A program made the position numbers and the translations under genes. The notes under the pieces were generated by a model that was not told the DNA's origin, did no database searches, and worked only from the letters and a program-made list of their open reading frames with translations. Source: Gekko japonicus (lineage: Eukaryota). From it: DNA of 64,000 nucleotides. The stretch lies in contig NW_015166427.1 in assembly GCF_001447785.1 (NCBI RefSeq), positions 823,620 through 887,619 of the forward strand. Reading direction: 5' to 3'. Below, in pieces: positions 1 through 12,025 of the stretch; position 1 is the stretch's first letter; each line of letters begins with the position of its first letter.

Positions 1-297
1 CAGCTTTTAAATACTTAAGATGTGAATAAATTGACATCATGCAAAATACCAAGTATTTCAGACTCCCAACGAGGCAGTTCTGTAAGGTAGACCGTAAATT
101 AACCCAAATTAGCACTCATGGCTAGAAAGAAAGGACATCTTTGGTATTTTCTATATTGCATTTGGGAATATGAAATATTTCTTATTACAGTAATACAAAC
201 ATTGCTTTATAAATCAAAGAAGTTAAAAGTGGATCGGTAATTTGGAAGGGGAGGTCCAACTTCAAAAAGTTTTTCCTGCTTTAATTCCCTGAAATTT

Positions 298-499
298 TTG
301 TTGTTGTTGCTGTCAAGTCACAACTGACTTATGGCGACCCCGTGGGGTTTTCAAGGCAAGAGACATTCAGAGTTGGTTTGCCATTGCCTGCCTCTGTGTC
401 ACGACCCTGGTATTCCTAAGTGGTCTCCCATCCAAATACTAGCCAGGACCGACGTGGTTTAGCTTGCAAGATCAGGCTAGCCTCTGCTGTCCAAGTCAG
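298..499 (-). mobile_element. 5S rRNA-derived SINE with RTE/BovB-like tail (5S-Sauria-like)
   Basis: Contains reverse-complement 5S-like sequence (GGTATTCC..GGTCTCCCATCCAAATACTAGCCAGG) and tail GTCAAGTCACAACTGACTTATGGCGACCCC; similar copies at 8387 and 17314. Confidence 0.75.
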
Positions 500-876
500 T
501 GCCTGGAGTAAGGATCAGTCCATGGCAGGGGGAGAGAAGGACGACACAAACACACCATCCTGGGAGGCATCAGGCCACAACTTTATTGATCACATATTCC
601 TCAGGTCTTGGCACAGCTGAGGTACACAACGGATGCAGCCGACAGCTCAACTGCTGTCTGCACCTTCCCAACCCACCTGTTGAGTAACAAAGGACAGAGG
701 GCTGGTATTAGGGCTGGAATTGGCAGAAACCTTCATTCGTAGCCATCACCATCCTCCTAGAGGCCCAGCCAATGCATCAGCCCCGAGGTTGGCTGTCCTG
801 CCCCCTGTCCTCCCAACCCCTTAAGGAGACTCTTCTTTTTGTCATGCAGTGAGCCCACCCTGCACAATGTTCCACA

Positions 877-1168
877 ATAATAATAATAATTATTATCATA
901 TGGCAGTGTGTATAGTATAGCCAGGAGATCCTAAGATTGTCTGGCAGCCAGAAGTTCTAGCTTTTTTCGTGTTATGCTCCACTAGGTGGTGAGCTAGACT
1001 TGTTTTTAAGGCAAGAGATGTTTCAGAGGTGGTTTGCCATTACCTGCCTCTGTGTCATAACCCTGGTATTCCTTGGAAGTCTCCCATCCAAATACTAGCC
1101 AGGGCTGGCCCTGCTTAGCTCCTGAGATCTGATGAGATCAGGCTAGCCTGGGCTATCCAGGTCAGGGC
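877..1168 (-). mobile_element. 5S-derived SINE with alternative (TTA)n-ending tail
   Basis: 10-bp TSD ATGTTCCACA at 867-876 and 1171-1180; same composite structure at 38795-39066. Confidence 0.75.
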
Positions 1169-1180
1169 TTATGTTCCACA

Positions 1181-2360
1181 GCCAATGCCTACACACTACA
1201 GGAGGCAGGCAACTTAGCTTGCCTGGCTCCAGCACCAAACCAAAGGAACTTGCAATATACACATCAATCCAGTTCTGAGATCGTTGCCCTCTGCCAAGAG
1301 GTGTACACCATCCGGTCTGTAAAGACTAGACTGTTTGTGAGAAATTGCCAGGTGCCCAATCCCTCCACCACCGTGAGCTAAAACAAAGGCCTGGAGCACT
1401 TGCTGACTTTCCTCCATGCACAACTGATTCTCGTGGGGGTCTTGTGCACCCCAAAAGTGTCTCCTCTGCAGGAGCTTGGATCAAATGATCTTGATGCCAG
1501 GAAGCCAGCGCTGGAGTTGCCCCAGGTCTCCTCTGGCGTCACACAGCAGGGAGCCACCCAACTACCTACTTCAGTTGTTTTCACCCAGCGGAATGACAAG
1601 AGCATCTGGATGGCCCTGGTGGGCAGCAGCCTTGGCAAGGGTTGGCATCAGGTCTTCCCAGTGCATGCCCCATCAGCCCAGCCACATGATGTCCAAAGCT
1701 TCCCCCAGCCCGAGCTGGAGCCCCCATCCAGACCTCACTGTATGAAGCTTCCCCCAGTGCACAATGCTGTGCCCGCAAATCCACATGGCCTTCCTTCTAA
1801 CCACGGAATCTAGAAAAATAAAAAGTTAGAAATAGGCTACCACGTGTGGCCGCAAATAAGATCTGAATGCAGAAGACCACCACCTGCCCACTGTTCTTTC
1901 ACAGAGCTGGGCAACACCCAGAATGCCACTGCAGTAATGGCCCCAGTGTGGAAGGAATGGTCCATAACATCCAATGATGGAAGACCTGTTGAGGACAGAG
2001 CTGCCCAGGAAACAGGGTAAAACTGAAATCTAGTAAGGGGGTGCTGGTCTTGATGCATTAGTAAGGGCCCCCGCTCATCTGGGCAGATTTTGAGAAGTGG
2101 CCTGGTCTCTCTCACTAGGCAATGGCCCTGGTGATGGTGCAAGGTAGAGGTTTAAATGGCTCCCGTCCCATCTGGTCAGTTTTAGAGTTATGACTTCAGA
2201 GGACCAATCTGCCCCCTGTGAACTGCACATTGTCACAAGATGAGAATTCCAGAGTGCCACACCACATTCAGCCAGCTCCTTTTCAACCCAAGCCACAGAC
2301 CAGAGAGAAACGTGGCCTCCAGATCTCCCAACTGAGATGGAGTAGGGGCCCATTTGTGGC
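1181..2360 (-). mobile_element. Decayed Ngaro-type (DIRS order) tyrosine-recombinase retrotransposon fragment: YR C-terminus followed by SGNH hydrolase
   Basis: Minus-strand motifs LMHQDQHPLTRFQF, HSFHTGAITAVA (HSxRxGA box), GRWWSSAFRSYLRP (about 1888-1847), then WICGHSIVHW (1783-1754), PDALVIPLGENN (about 1609-1574) and LYRPDGVHL (about 1323-1297). Stops and frameshifts throughout. May extend left to about 500. Confidence 0.75.
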
Positions 2361-3092
2361 ATTCTGCCCCCCCCTTTAATGACCTTGCATTTTAAACAAA
2401 TAAATTGAACTGGAGACCAAAAAGCATTTTGTATTTAAAACATATATTGATGATAAAAATGAGAACTCTTTCAAAGTTAGGCAAAAAAAAACCCTGCAGA
2501 GCAGGCTGTTCCTTATTCAGACCTCATTGCATCTGAGTAGCAATGCCAAGCAAGAGATAGGCAGCTGAAGTCACACAACAGATCTGCAGAGCTTTTTCAG
2601 GACATTATTTATCATCAGTTGCCACATCATCTCAAGAGCAACTTCTGGACTCCCGTGGCACCCAAATTTGCAATATATGCGAACTCCCAACATTTGAGTA
2701 TATCAAGCTGCTCACGTCTAAACTAGCTAACAATATGCTGCTAAGGTTTTCAGAGTTAATGTGTAATATGTGTTGAGCACATCTTAACATTTAGTTGGGC
2801 AGCCATGATAGACAGAAAGCATTAAATGTGTGACATTTCAAGGGTAAGGGTTTATAAACCACTGAGCAAAAACAGTTGCAAAAAAACACTATAACCCTTG
2901 CTGTGAAGTCCATCTAAAAAGATAAAAAACGATAATATTGACAAGAGGAACACTCTTCTGATAGTGCTACAGCATAGGTATATCACATTTGCAGTCTAAC
3001 TGCTGGGACAGGAGGCAAGATGTCTAAGAGTCAGCATACTGACATCTAGTGGAGGAATAAAAGCTAGGCAACCTTTGAAGTACAATATTAAT

Positions 3093-3508
3093 CTGCACGG
3101 CCAGCACCAGCCTGATCTCAGGATAGGGTTGCCAGCCTCCAGGTGGGGCCTGGAGATATCCCGCTTTTACAACTGATCTCCAGCTGACAGAGATCAGCTC
3201 CCCTGGAGAAAATGGCTGCTTTGAAGGGTGGGCTCTATGGCATTGTACCATGCTGAGGCCCCTCCCCTCCCCAAACCCCACCTTCTCCCGGATCCACCCC
3301 CAAAGTCTCCAGGTATTTTCCAACCCAGACCTGGCAACCCTATCTCAGGAGCTAAGCAGGGCCGGCTCTAGTTAGCGCTTGGATGAGACCACCAAGGAAG
3401 CCCAAGGTTGCTACGCAGAGGCAGTCAATGGCAAGCCACTCCTCTTATCTCGAAACCCCTACGGGATTGGCCGTACGTTGGCTGCAACTTGACGGCACTT
3501 TCTACCAC
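3093..3508 (+). mobile_element. 5S-derived SINE interrupted by a hAT MITE
   Basis: 5S-like CCTGATCTCAGGA//GCTAAGCAGGGCCGG split by the insertion at 3124-3342. Confidence 0.7.
3124..3342. mobile_element. hAT (Blackjack-like TIR) MITE
   Basis: TIR TAGGGTTGCCAG...CTGGCAACCCTA; perfect 8-bp TSD TCTCAGGA. Confidence 0.9.
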
Positions 3509-4007
3509 TGCCACTAGTGTAGTTCTCAAATTTCTTACTAGAATTTTCTTTTTAGCTTTTGCAGAACACAAGTTATTGTTATAAAGCAGATGTTTTGCAT
3601 TGACTAGCATCACTCTTTGCTAGCTACCTGGCAACTCACCCCATCTACTGTTGCAGTAGCTTTTAAACTTAACAGACTCAGCCTGTATCAAGGGGCCTCT
3701 TTTGCCTTTTATCTCTAGGATTAGCAGATCAAAAGTAGGGCAAGGCTCCCACAATATTAACGGCTGGCTAGAACAAGGAATTTTAGAACACGACACAGCT
3801 TCCCATGCAAGGGTGAGAAAATGTGTCGTTGCTGAAATCATACTTCCGCTGCACAGCTTTAAAAAAATAAAATGGTAGCGCTTCTTATGTGACTACCGAA
3901 GGTCAGGGTATATCTCAATTTCTGAAGACCAAATTACTATTAATTTCTAACCAGCTGATTGGAACTCACTGAGTGCTCAGACAATGGGCACAAATCCAAC
4001 AAATGTA

Positions 4008-4199
4008 CCGTATTTTCCTGCGTATAAGACTACTTTTTAACCCAGGGAAATCTTCTCAGAAGTGGGGGGTCGTCTTATACGCCAGTACGCCAGAAGCATC
4101 AGCACAGCTCTATATTTTAACTGGAAAACTCTCTATTTTAACTGGAAAAGTTGGGGGTCGTCTTATACGCCCAGTCGTCTTATACGCCGGAAAATACGG
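4008..4199. mobile_element. Tc1/mariner (Tc2-like) MITE
   Basis: TIR CCGTATTTTCCTGCGTATAAGAC...GTCTTATACGCCGGAAAATACGG, flanked by TA on both sides. Confidence 0.85.
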
Positions 4200-5775
4200 T
4201 AAATGCTTTCAATGGAACAGTTAAGCATACAGTTGTATCTCATCCCCCCCCAAGGGATATTTAATGCATTTATCGAGACTTTGGGTGAAACTGGTGTTCA
4301 TAGCATGTATGACGACCCCGTCCACTTCCCTCCCCCAGAGGCAATATTTCCCCTCCATTTTTCCCTTTACTGACTGAGCTGCCCTAGTAATGTGTTTTCT
4401 TCTTTCTTGAAGAACTCTGGCCGTCCCACCCTGCAACAGTATATTATTTTGGCTGCTTGCTCAGCCCAGGAACCCGAGGGAAGGATCAGGTGTCCTCTTT
4501 AACTTAAACAACTTAAATGGCACTCTTNNNNNNNNNNNNNNNNNNNNNNNCTCTTTCCAGTACCCAAACTCCTTCACTTGAAACACCAGTACTCGTCTTC
4601 AGTTTTTAAATGACTCTTAATGTTTCTAAAGGCAGTCTCTAACCACACCAGACCAGGGATCTCTGCACTCTTCAGAGCTAACTCCCTGTTTGACTGGGTA
4701 GGGAATTTTCTTCTCTCTCTAGATCCTACTTCCCAAACTTCCTTGCCAACTTTCCCCCCAGTTCTCCTGGCTGTGTTAAACTGCTCTCAGCTAAGGCTGA
4801 ATTCTGAAACTGTCAGTACTCGACCCTTCTCAGCTAGGGCTGAAATCAGTCTGTCAGTACTCAGTTAAGGCAGAAATGTGACTGTCTCCTCAGCATGTAG
4901 CTCTTAGGTCTTTCTCTGCTCAGCTGATGCTAACCAATCAGATTGCTTGGAACAGCCTGTCACTCAAGGCTCTCTGAAGAATTAACCCTTCACAGTCCTT
5001 CAGCTGTTTGTACAGCACTTCTAAGCTTTTAAAAGTGCAGACTGTCACAGCATGCTTAATATATGCAGTCATTAACCAAGAAAAAAACCAAGAGTACTTC
5101 AGTTGTTCCTACATTAAAATATTAACAATGCAGGTATTATATGACTTCATTAGCAAATCTCTTGCAGGATAATGCTGGAATGAGAAAAATCAAACTTTTA
5201 AAAAATGGATGTGACTGATCTGTTCATAAGCCTAGAATCTTGGCACAAGCTGAAGAGATATGTCAATAAAACATTTCACTGCATGATCCAGACGGCTACT
5301 TAACTTGTATAAAAATACCACATAACACACATTTTATTTAGGGATTTAATTTATATACCACAAATACTGCTTTTAATATAAGTACAATATAATACAGTTG
5401 TAATTATGTAACTGCTGGTGTTCACCCTGGGTTATGAACTGAACGGCATGCTGTGCTGTCAAAACTTTACTAAAATGGCCTCTAGTTAAACTTCTTCAAA
5501 GTATAAAATCATGCAAAATCTACATCCTATATGATACAACCAGTACAATAATTGAAGCCAATATCCTACAAACAGCCTGGGCTATCTTCGGACTTTCTTC
5601 TTGCAGAGTCCATGAGTCAGCCATCATTTTCTTTGAAGCAGAAGTAGTGATTTCCATTCTGTCAGTGGCATCCCACCACGACTACTGAACAGTGTGCACA
5701 GTTATTGGCCGAAATGTCTTCATTACCTGATGCAGTTCAAACTGCAAACTTAAGTCCACTAAGGAGAGTCTATGG

Positions 5776-5855
5776 TTAGGAAGCTTTACGCTTTCCTCCT
5801 GTGACTACTGGTCGTGCATATTCCACAAAGTCATCTATTAGAACTGGCCACGCTC
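5776..5855 (-). CDS. DCUN1D2: DCUN1D2 last coding exon
   Basis: ctttag|GAGCGTGG...TCCTAA; [26 protein letters not shown]; contains the [11 protein letters not shown] motif of DCN1 proteins. Confidence 0.95.
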
Positions 5856-6249
5856 CTAAAGAAGGGTCAAACAGTTTTGAATTAGAACACTCAAATGTTT
5901 AATAAAGCAGATTTCATCTTTCAACACAGTCAATCTTTATTCATAGCTTGATACATTTTATTCAGTGGGACCTCTGAAAGCATGTGTAGTCTATTAGGAC
6001 AAAGCTGTATGGCCTGCATGGACAGATGCTAACAGTAAACAAGAATGCACTAAGCTTAGCTGCATTTTAAAGCCAAACATCATTTGTATTTTATAGCAAA
6101 ACCCTATCTAATACGTATGGATATTAAAATTTAAAAACAGTTGTTATTTCTATTTTGATTTTTTGTTTACTTGGGTTCACTGAGAGGATTCACAGGGTGG
6201 TTTGTTAATGGACAACAGAACTTCAGCACTAAACATTCACATCAGTTAC

Positions 6250-6346
6250 CTTCTTCATCGTAGTTTGACATATCATCTGCGATCATATTTCCAAAATCTA
6301 AAAGAAGATTCCAAGTATCTTTAGGGATTGATCTTTTATGATGTTC
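6250..6346 (-). CDS. DCUN1D2: DCUN1D2 exon 6
   Basis: gcatag|GAACAT...GAAGAAG|gtaact; [32 protein letters not shown]; 97 nt. Confidence 0.95.
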
Positions 6347-6743
6347 CTATGCAGCAATGAAAACAAGAGGGTACCCATGTTTTTTCAGATTTTCCAGCAA
6401 ATTCCGTAAAACCTGAACTGAAGCACTGAGCAAAATGATTAGATTGGCAAAAGGTTGAATCCGCAATCAGTTTTGGTCAGCAAAAGAGGGTGATTGCCAC
6501 TGACTTCCCCATCTCATTGGCAGGCTCCCCATTCAACCATAGTGCTGTTCCTGATGATCCCCTGCCCAAGGGGGGAGCTTTGGGGAGCTTAGAGGGCTGC
6601 AGCACAAGACAGCAAAGATCCATTCCGTTGGCAGAAGTGCCTTCCAATAGCAGACCCAATTTCAATGTTTTTACTTTGAAGAGTTAAAGTCTAGATTGTA
6701 ATGTCTTTATGAAATCACCAAGATTGGCTCACAACCACTAACA

Positions 6744-6805
6744 CAGAGAGAGAGAGAGAGGGAGAGGGAGAGGGGGAGGGGGAGAGGGGGAGAGAGGGAG
6801 AGAGA
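6744..6805. repeat. (GA)n / purine-rich microsatellite
   Basis: AGAGAG...GGGGGAGAG run next to the DCUN1D2 exon 5 donor. Confidence 0.85.
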
Positions 6806-6816
6806 TATCTACTTAC

Positions 6817-6899
6817 CAATAAAAATTTATTCCATAGATCTAGAAATTTAAATCTTCCTGATAAGACTAAATTCCAATATGCAATTGCCATTTCTAGAT
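6817..6899 (-). CDS. DCUN1D2: DCUN1D2 exon 5
   Basis: tttcag|ATCTAGAA...TTATTG|gtaagt; [28 protein letters not shown]; 83 nt. Confidence 0.95.
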
Positions 6900-6989
6900 C
6901 TGAAATAAATGTAACATGTCAAAGGATTAGTCTTTTTATACATGTTTCTATAAGATAGGGTTAGGACAGCCAATGTATAATGGAAGGTT

Positions 6990-7135
6990 ACAAAATCAGA
7001 TAAAATGTACCTTTAAGACCAACAAAGTTTAATTCTGGGTATAAGCTTTCGTGTGATGAAGTGTGCATGCACTTATCTCCAGAATGAAACTTTGTTGGTC
7101 TTAAAAGTGCTGCTGGACTCAAACTTTGTTCTAGT
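6990..7135. mobile_element. Penelope-like element terminal fragments in inverted arrangement
   Basis: TTTAAGACCAACAAAGTTT...AAACTTTGTTGGTCTTAAA arms; same family as 10846-10915 and 50077-50150. Confidence 0.55.
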
Positions 7136-8386
7136 ACCAAAAGCTGTTAAAGAAGTCAGGGTTTCATGTACTAGCTGCAGCTCTATCCTGGAAAAGAATT
7201 ACCAAGATAGTCTCAATCTGAAACCCAGGTCTGAAATCAGGCTTCAATAATGCAAACCATCACACAAACAACCCTGCAGAAGTTACTAGCCCAAACATAT
7301 TTTTACCAGCCTGCTGTAATATGCATGTCAGTCATTTGTGAACTAAAGGGAGAAATAAAAAAGGAACCTGATTTTGTAAAAGCTTCCTTGCCTGGTAATG
7401 GAAGCCATTCTTACTAACAAGAGGTGACCAATAAGAATGATCATTTACAACACAGATCTATGGCACTCTGCTCTATTTGCTTCTCATAATTTCCAATATA
7501 TATGTGCGCAGACAGTATGTGATCCTCAACGAATGAGTGCAAACAGTTCCTTCTGGAGACAGCGATCCTTATCTTGTTAGTTGCCCTAAATGACATTTGC
7601 CACATTTGGTGTGTCTGACCTTCCAAGATAAGGCCGGCACTCCTTTTGAGTTGTAGATTAACTTAGGAAGAGGAGTTGGGTTTTGAAATATAGGAAACTG
7701 GTGCCATGGCTATTGATTTTTATACAACATATGTATATGTATGCCTAACTTAAAAGCAACAGACTATTTTATACAATATATATTTTTCTATTTTCTATTT
7801 TCCTCCCTTATGGGGACCCAAACCCACTTACAACACTCACCCCTTCTCCATTTTATCATCACAACAACCCTGTGAGGTAGCTTACGCTGTGACTATCGGA
7901 CTCGCTTAAGGTCACCCACTAAACTTCCACGGAAGAGTCAGGATTCAAACCTGGGTCTCCCGGATCCTTGTCCAGCACTCTAACCACTACACCACACTGG
8001 CTCAATACACTGTGCTGACTCTATGAGTGGGCACAATGGGTAGCAGATCTGCTTGGTGTATCTAGATGCAAGAGTTACTGAACACATCAGGTTCTCTTTA
8101 AATACTTAGTATAGCTGAAATACAACACATGCTCTTTAGTAGATGATCCTAATGAATTAACAAGGCATCTCTGTATGGGAAGTAGTAACTGCAGAACTCA
8201 GTACTCTAAGCTCTCTTTCTGGAAGAAAATTATAGTCAATATAGAATACTTTAATCTAAAATACCCATTCAATCAAATTCTCAATAAAAAGTAAACTCCT
8301 CTCTTCTTGAAACAAACACTTCTGAGATGCAACGACTATATCCAGACCTTTGTTAGGGTCTTAAACTTTTTGTCCTTAGCTCTGGG

Positions 8387-8592
8387 GGTGGAAAGTGCCA
8401 TCAGGTCACAACTGCGGTCCCGTAGGGGTTTCAAGGCAAAAGACCTTCAGAGGTGGTTTGCCATCGCCTGCCTCCACATCACACCCTTGCTATTCTTTGG
8501 AGGTCTCCTGTCCAAATACTAGCCAGGAGCGACCCTGCTTAGCTTCCAAAATCTAATGAGACTGGGTTAGCCTGGCCTATCCAGGTCAAGGC
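8387..8592 (-). mobile_element. 5S-derived SINE
   Basis: Aligns by eye with the copies at 298 and 17314. Confidence 0.75.
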
Positions 8593-8643
8593 CCTTTATC
8601 TCTAACCCCATCCATATTAACACACAGAGTACTCTATTCTCTC

Positions 8644-8849
8644 CAGTGTTCCCTCTAAGATGAGTTAGTGTGAGCCAGCTCACAGTTTTTTAGCCTCTGG
8701 CTCACACATATTTGTCTTGGCTCAGGAAGGAGGGCTCCAGAGCAAACTAATTTATGCGGTAGCCAAACTGCTCGCTCACAACTTTAATGCCCGTAGGTCA
8801 CAAAGTAGAACTTTTGCTCACAAGACTCCACAGCTTAGAGGGAACATTG
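8644..8849. mobile_element. hAT-type MITE
   Basis: TIR CAGTGTTCCCTCTAAG...CTTAGAGGGAACATTG; 8-bp TSD ATTCTCTC. Confidence 0.88.
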
Positions 8850-10845
8850 ATTCTCTCTCCCCCCCCCCCGGCATATAGGTAAAGGAGAGTTACCAGAACT
8901 GTTGCATCTGCTTTACTAATCCCCATCCAGCCACTTCTTGTTGTAGGAGCATTAATTTTTTTGCAGTACAGAAAGAAAAATAGACATTATCCCCTTTGTG
9001 TCAGGTCATTCTGCAGTTTTCACAAACTTTAAATCCTACCTAACTACTTCTCTCTTAAATTCTAGATTAATGAACGATGTGACTGATTCATTATTATTTT
9101 TACTTAATGGCTATAAAAATGAACTGAACTGTCATTGCCCCCATTCTAAGATCAAATAACTAATGAAGCAGCTGCTGCATTTTTTCTTTTCAATTGCCTT
9201 TTAATCTAATATAATACTTTATATAAGCTAATAACTAGTATAAAGAAAAACTATAGACAGCACAGCCAAATTAGCAACACTAGGAAGAATCCTGTGGCAA
9301 CTTAAATGCTAATAGTTAGATCCTATGACTCCCTTCCACTGAGTAAGGAGGTCCAATCCTAACAAGGTTTACAGTGCAATCCTATGCTACTTTACATCAG
9401 TCTAATCCATTTATTTCAATGGGTTTAGACTCTGCATAGATTGCACTATTATTTTGGCATGAACTTTAACTACATCCTACTTCATCAAATGCTTGTGATG
9501 TTACTTATCCCTTATCAATCAAGGCTAGGGCTCTCTAGCAAATCTAAGATTATTTTATCAGTTACAGCTCTTGTGAATGGCCACTCTGCTTATCTTCTGT
9601 ACCTTTGAGTTCACATAGAAATCTCACAGATTTCATGCCCTTTTAGTTCTACTTTCCAGAATATGTGTGTGTTTTATCTGCAACTGAATTTCACTTCATG
9701 TATCTGATGAAGTGGGCTCTAGCTCATGAAAATTTATGGTACAATAAATCTGTTAGTCTTGAAGGCCACCATAAGACTTTGTTGTGTATTCAATATAAAA
9801 TATTTTGTTTAACCTCTGAGCTGCTTGACACAAGCTTTTGAGACAAAAGAATAGTGTTAGATATTTGGGGGGGGGGGAATCACATATTTTCATGACTTTC
9901 TGTGAACAGGATGGGATTATTATCAGATATGTTATAACATCAGTCAGACCATAATCTGAATCTCCTTCCATCTTTCAGTGCAAATCTTTAGTTACAGGCC
10001 CAAAATACAGCTTCTGGACACTAAGCATGGCATTATATTCAGTATAAAGTAACACAGTTCTTTCCCAGTTCACATTTGTTATTTAAACATGCTAAACCAT
10101 TTGGAAACCTTTTCAATTTTCTTTTTACTCAGAGGTTATTGGGAGATTATGCATTCCCTTCGGACAAGTCCAGGTGTAGGAATATATTGAGAGAAAATCT
10201 AAATGTACTTTCCCTATTGGGCATGTGTGGGGGCACATACTTAGCAGAATTCTAAAATATATCACGTTGGAATGCTGAGGAACAGCTAACAACAACTAGG
10301 TCATCGTGTGAGTAATTGTGTGAAAAACTCTTAGAAATTTCTTTACATTTTTGAAAAATGTACTTCTGAAGTGATTTACCACATAACAAACAGCATTTAG
10401 CACAAATGCAAAGTGTTTGTCGTGTTTCACATATCTCCCATTGGCACTAATTCTAAACACTAGTTCACACTGTTGAATTTCCACATTATGTAGGAGGCTG
10501 ACAGTCAGAAATCTACTAACTTCACATTTTATACCATTTATTTTACAATCAGCCTTCCCTTCTCTGCCAAAAGGAATCTGTAATTATTACAATTGAAACA
10601 TACTTAGTCAGACATAAAAATGGAAAGTTATCTACATATTCCACAAAGTAGGCCCTTCCAGCCTCTGTTATTTTCAGAACACAGAGTTAGCATGACCTCT
10701 TACACCATAACTGAGAAAGGTCTAGAAAAAGTTATCTGACCAACAGAGAACAAATCTGAAGATTTCAACAAGAACTGGAAAACAGCACAAATCTCTGGTC
10801 ATAAAGGTGATTAGCAACTATGTTTTGAAGACGTGTGAGGAAATT

Positions 10846-10915
10846 CTGAAGAAGTGTGCATGCACACGAAAGCTTATACCCAGAAATAAACTTTGTTGGT
10901 CTTAAAGGTGTCGCG
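10846..10915 (+). mobile_element. Penelope-like terminal fragment containing a minimal hammerhead ribozyme core
   Basis: CTGAAGA-A-GTGTGCATGCACAC-GAAA-GCTT-ATAC followed by AATAAACTTTGTTGGTCTTAAAGGTG. Confidence 0.6.
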
Positions 10916-11711
10916 GACTGTTTTGATGAGATACTGACTGACCTGTATGCTCATCCTAAAGTCTTCAAAATTAAGCCAATAAACCCATGTACCTTTCCCT
11001 TATTCAGAGAAATACAGTGAATTTCCTGATTCATCAGAAGGGATGACACCAAAACAGACTCCTGTTCACAAACTATATTCCACACAATGGAAGCAGAGTT
11101 ATATAAGTAGACCTCTTTGCAAGATTTAGATCCTTTATACACAAATGGGTGCTGCTTATGGTAAACAAAAAGCCTGTGTGCAATATCTTGGCAGCAGGGA
11201 CCTGTCTTTTGCCTATACAGCCTTATGATGTTGTACAAACAAATATAGTAACCACAGCAATATGTACTAGTTTGGAACAGTCTCATCCTGCCAACCCATG
11301 AGCGGTCATTTAATTTTCACATTACTGAACAGCCATTTGGGTGACTGGAAGGATGAAATTGTACCCCTCTGAAACTGGCTGACTGCTTCTTCAATGGATT
11401 TGGTAATCTGTGGATCAAGGTAAATTTTACATTTTATGTAAAATATAAATGCAAATATAAAATTTGTAAATGTGTAAAATTTTTATTTAAATATAATATT
11501 GTTAGGATCAACAGGAGAACTTTTAATGAAGTCATTTGGTTACAATGGCCATGGTTTTGCAATCTGGCCAGAATGCCTCAATCTAAAAGAGATTAAAATT
11601 ATTAAGGTACAGTAGCAAACCCTGAAATTGCCTAAGATATATGTGAGCAAAGAAGCTTATTACTGAAAGAACCGTAATTGAATTTGGTTTCAACATACTC
11701 TTTGGACTTAC

Positions 11712-11842
11712 CTAAACCTTTCTGTCCAGGATTCTTCGCAAAATTAAATGTAAACTGATAAAAATCTTTAAATTTCATTGGGTCCTTTAATTCTTGTTCC
11801 AGTCTTGGCAAAAGAGCTTTTAACTTGTCTGTAGTATCACAC
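11712..11842 (-). CDS. DCUN1D2: DCUN1D2 exon 4
   Basis: catcag|GTGTGAT...GGTTTAG|gtaagt; [43 protein letters not shown]; 131 nt. Confidence 0.96.
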
Positions 11843-12025
11843 CTGATGAAAAAATTGTGCTATTTTTATAAGACATTATCAAAGAGAGACAAAAAAACAT
11901 TTATATACAATCAACTACAGATATACTATAGGGACTGGTTTTTCTTAATATTGCAATATTAAAAAGAAATAAGTTCTAGTAAGCATTTAAAATGTTGTCA
12001 TAAAAGGCAGAAATCAGCCTGCCCT

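Noticed and set aside
298-499. 5S rRNA-like sequences as rRNA genes
   Set aside because: Diverged, partial, dispersed and fused to retroposon tails; these are SINE heads
1-3000. ADPRHL1 exon expected from synteny beyond DCUN1D2
   Set aside because: No recognisable ADPRHL1 coding sequence found; probably outside the window
4300-4994. Possible solo LTR (ends TTAACCCTTCACA, internal short repeats, CCAAT)
   Set aside because: Could not define the other terminus or a TSD; interrupted by an N gap
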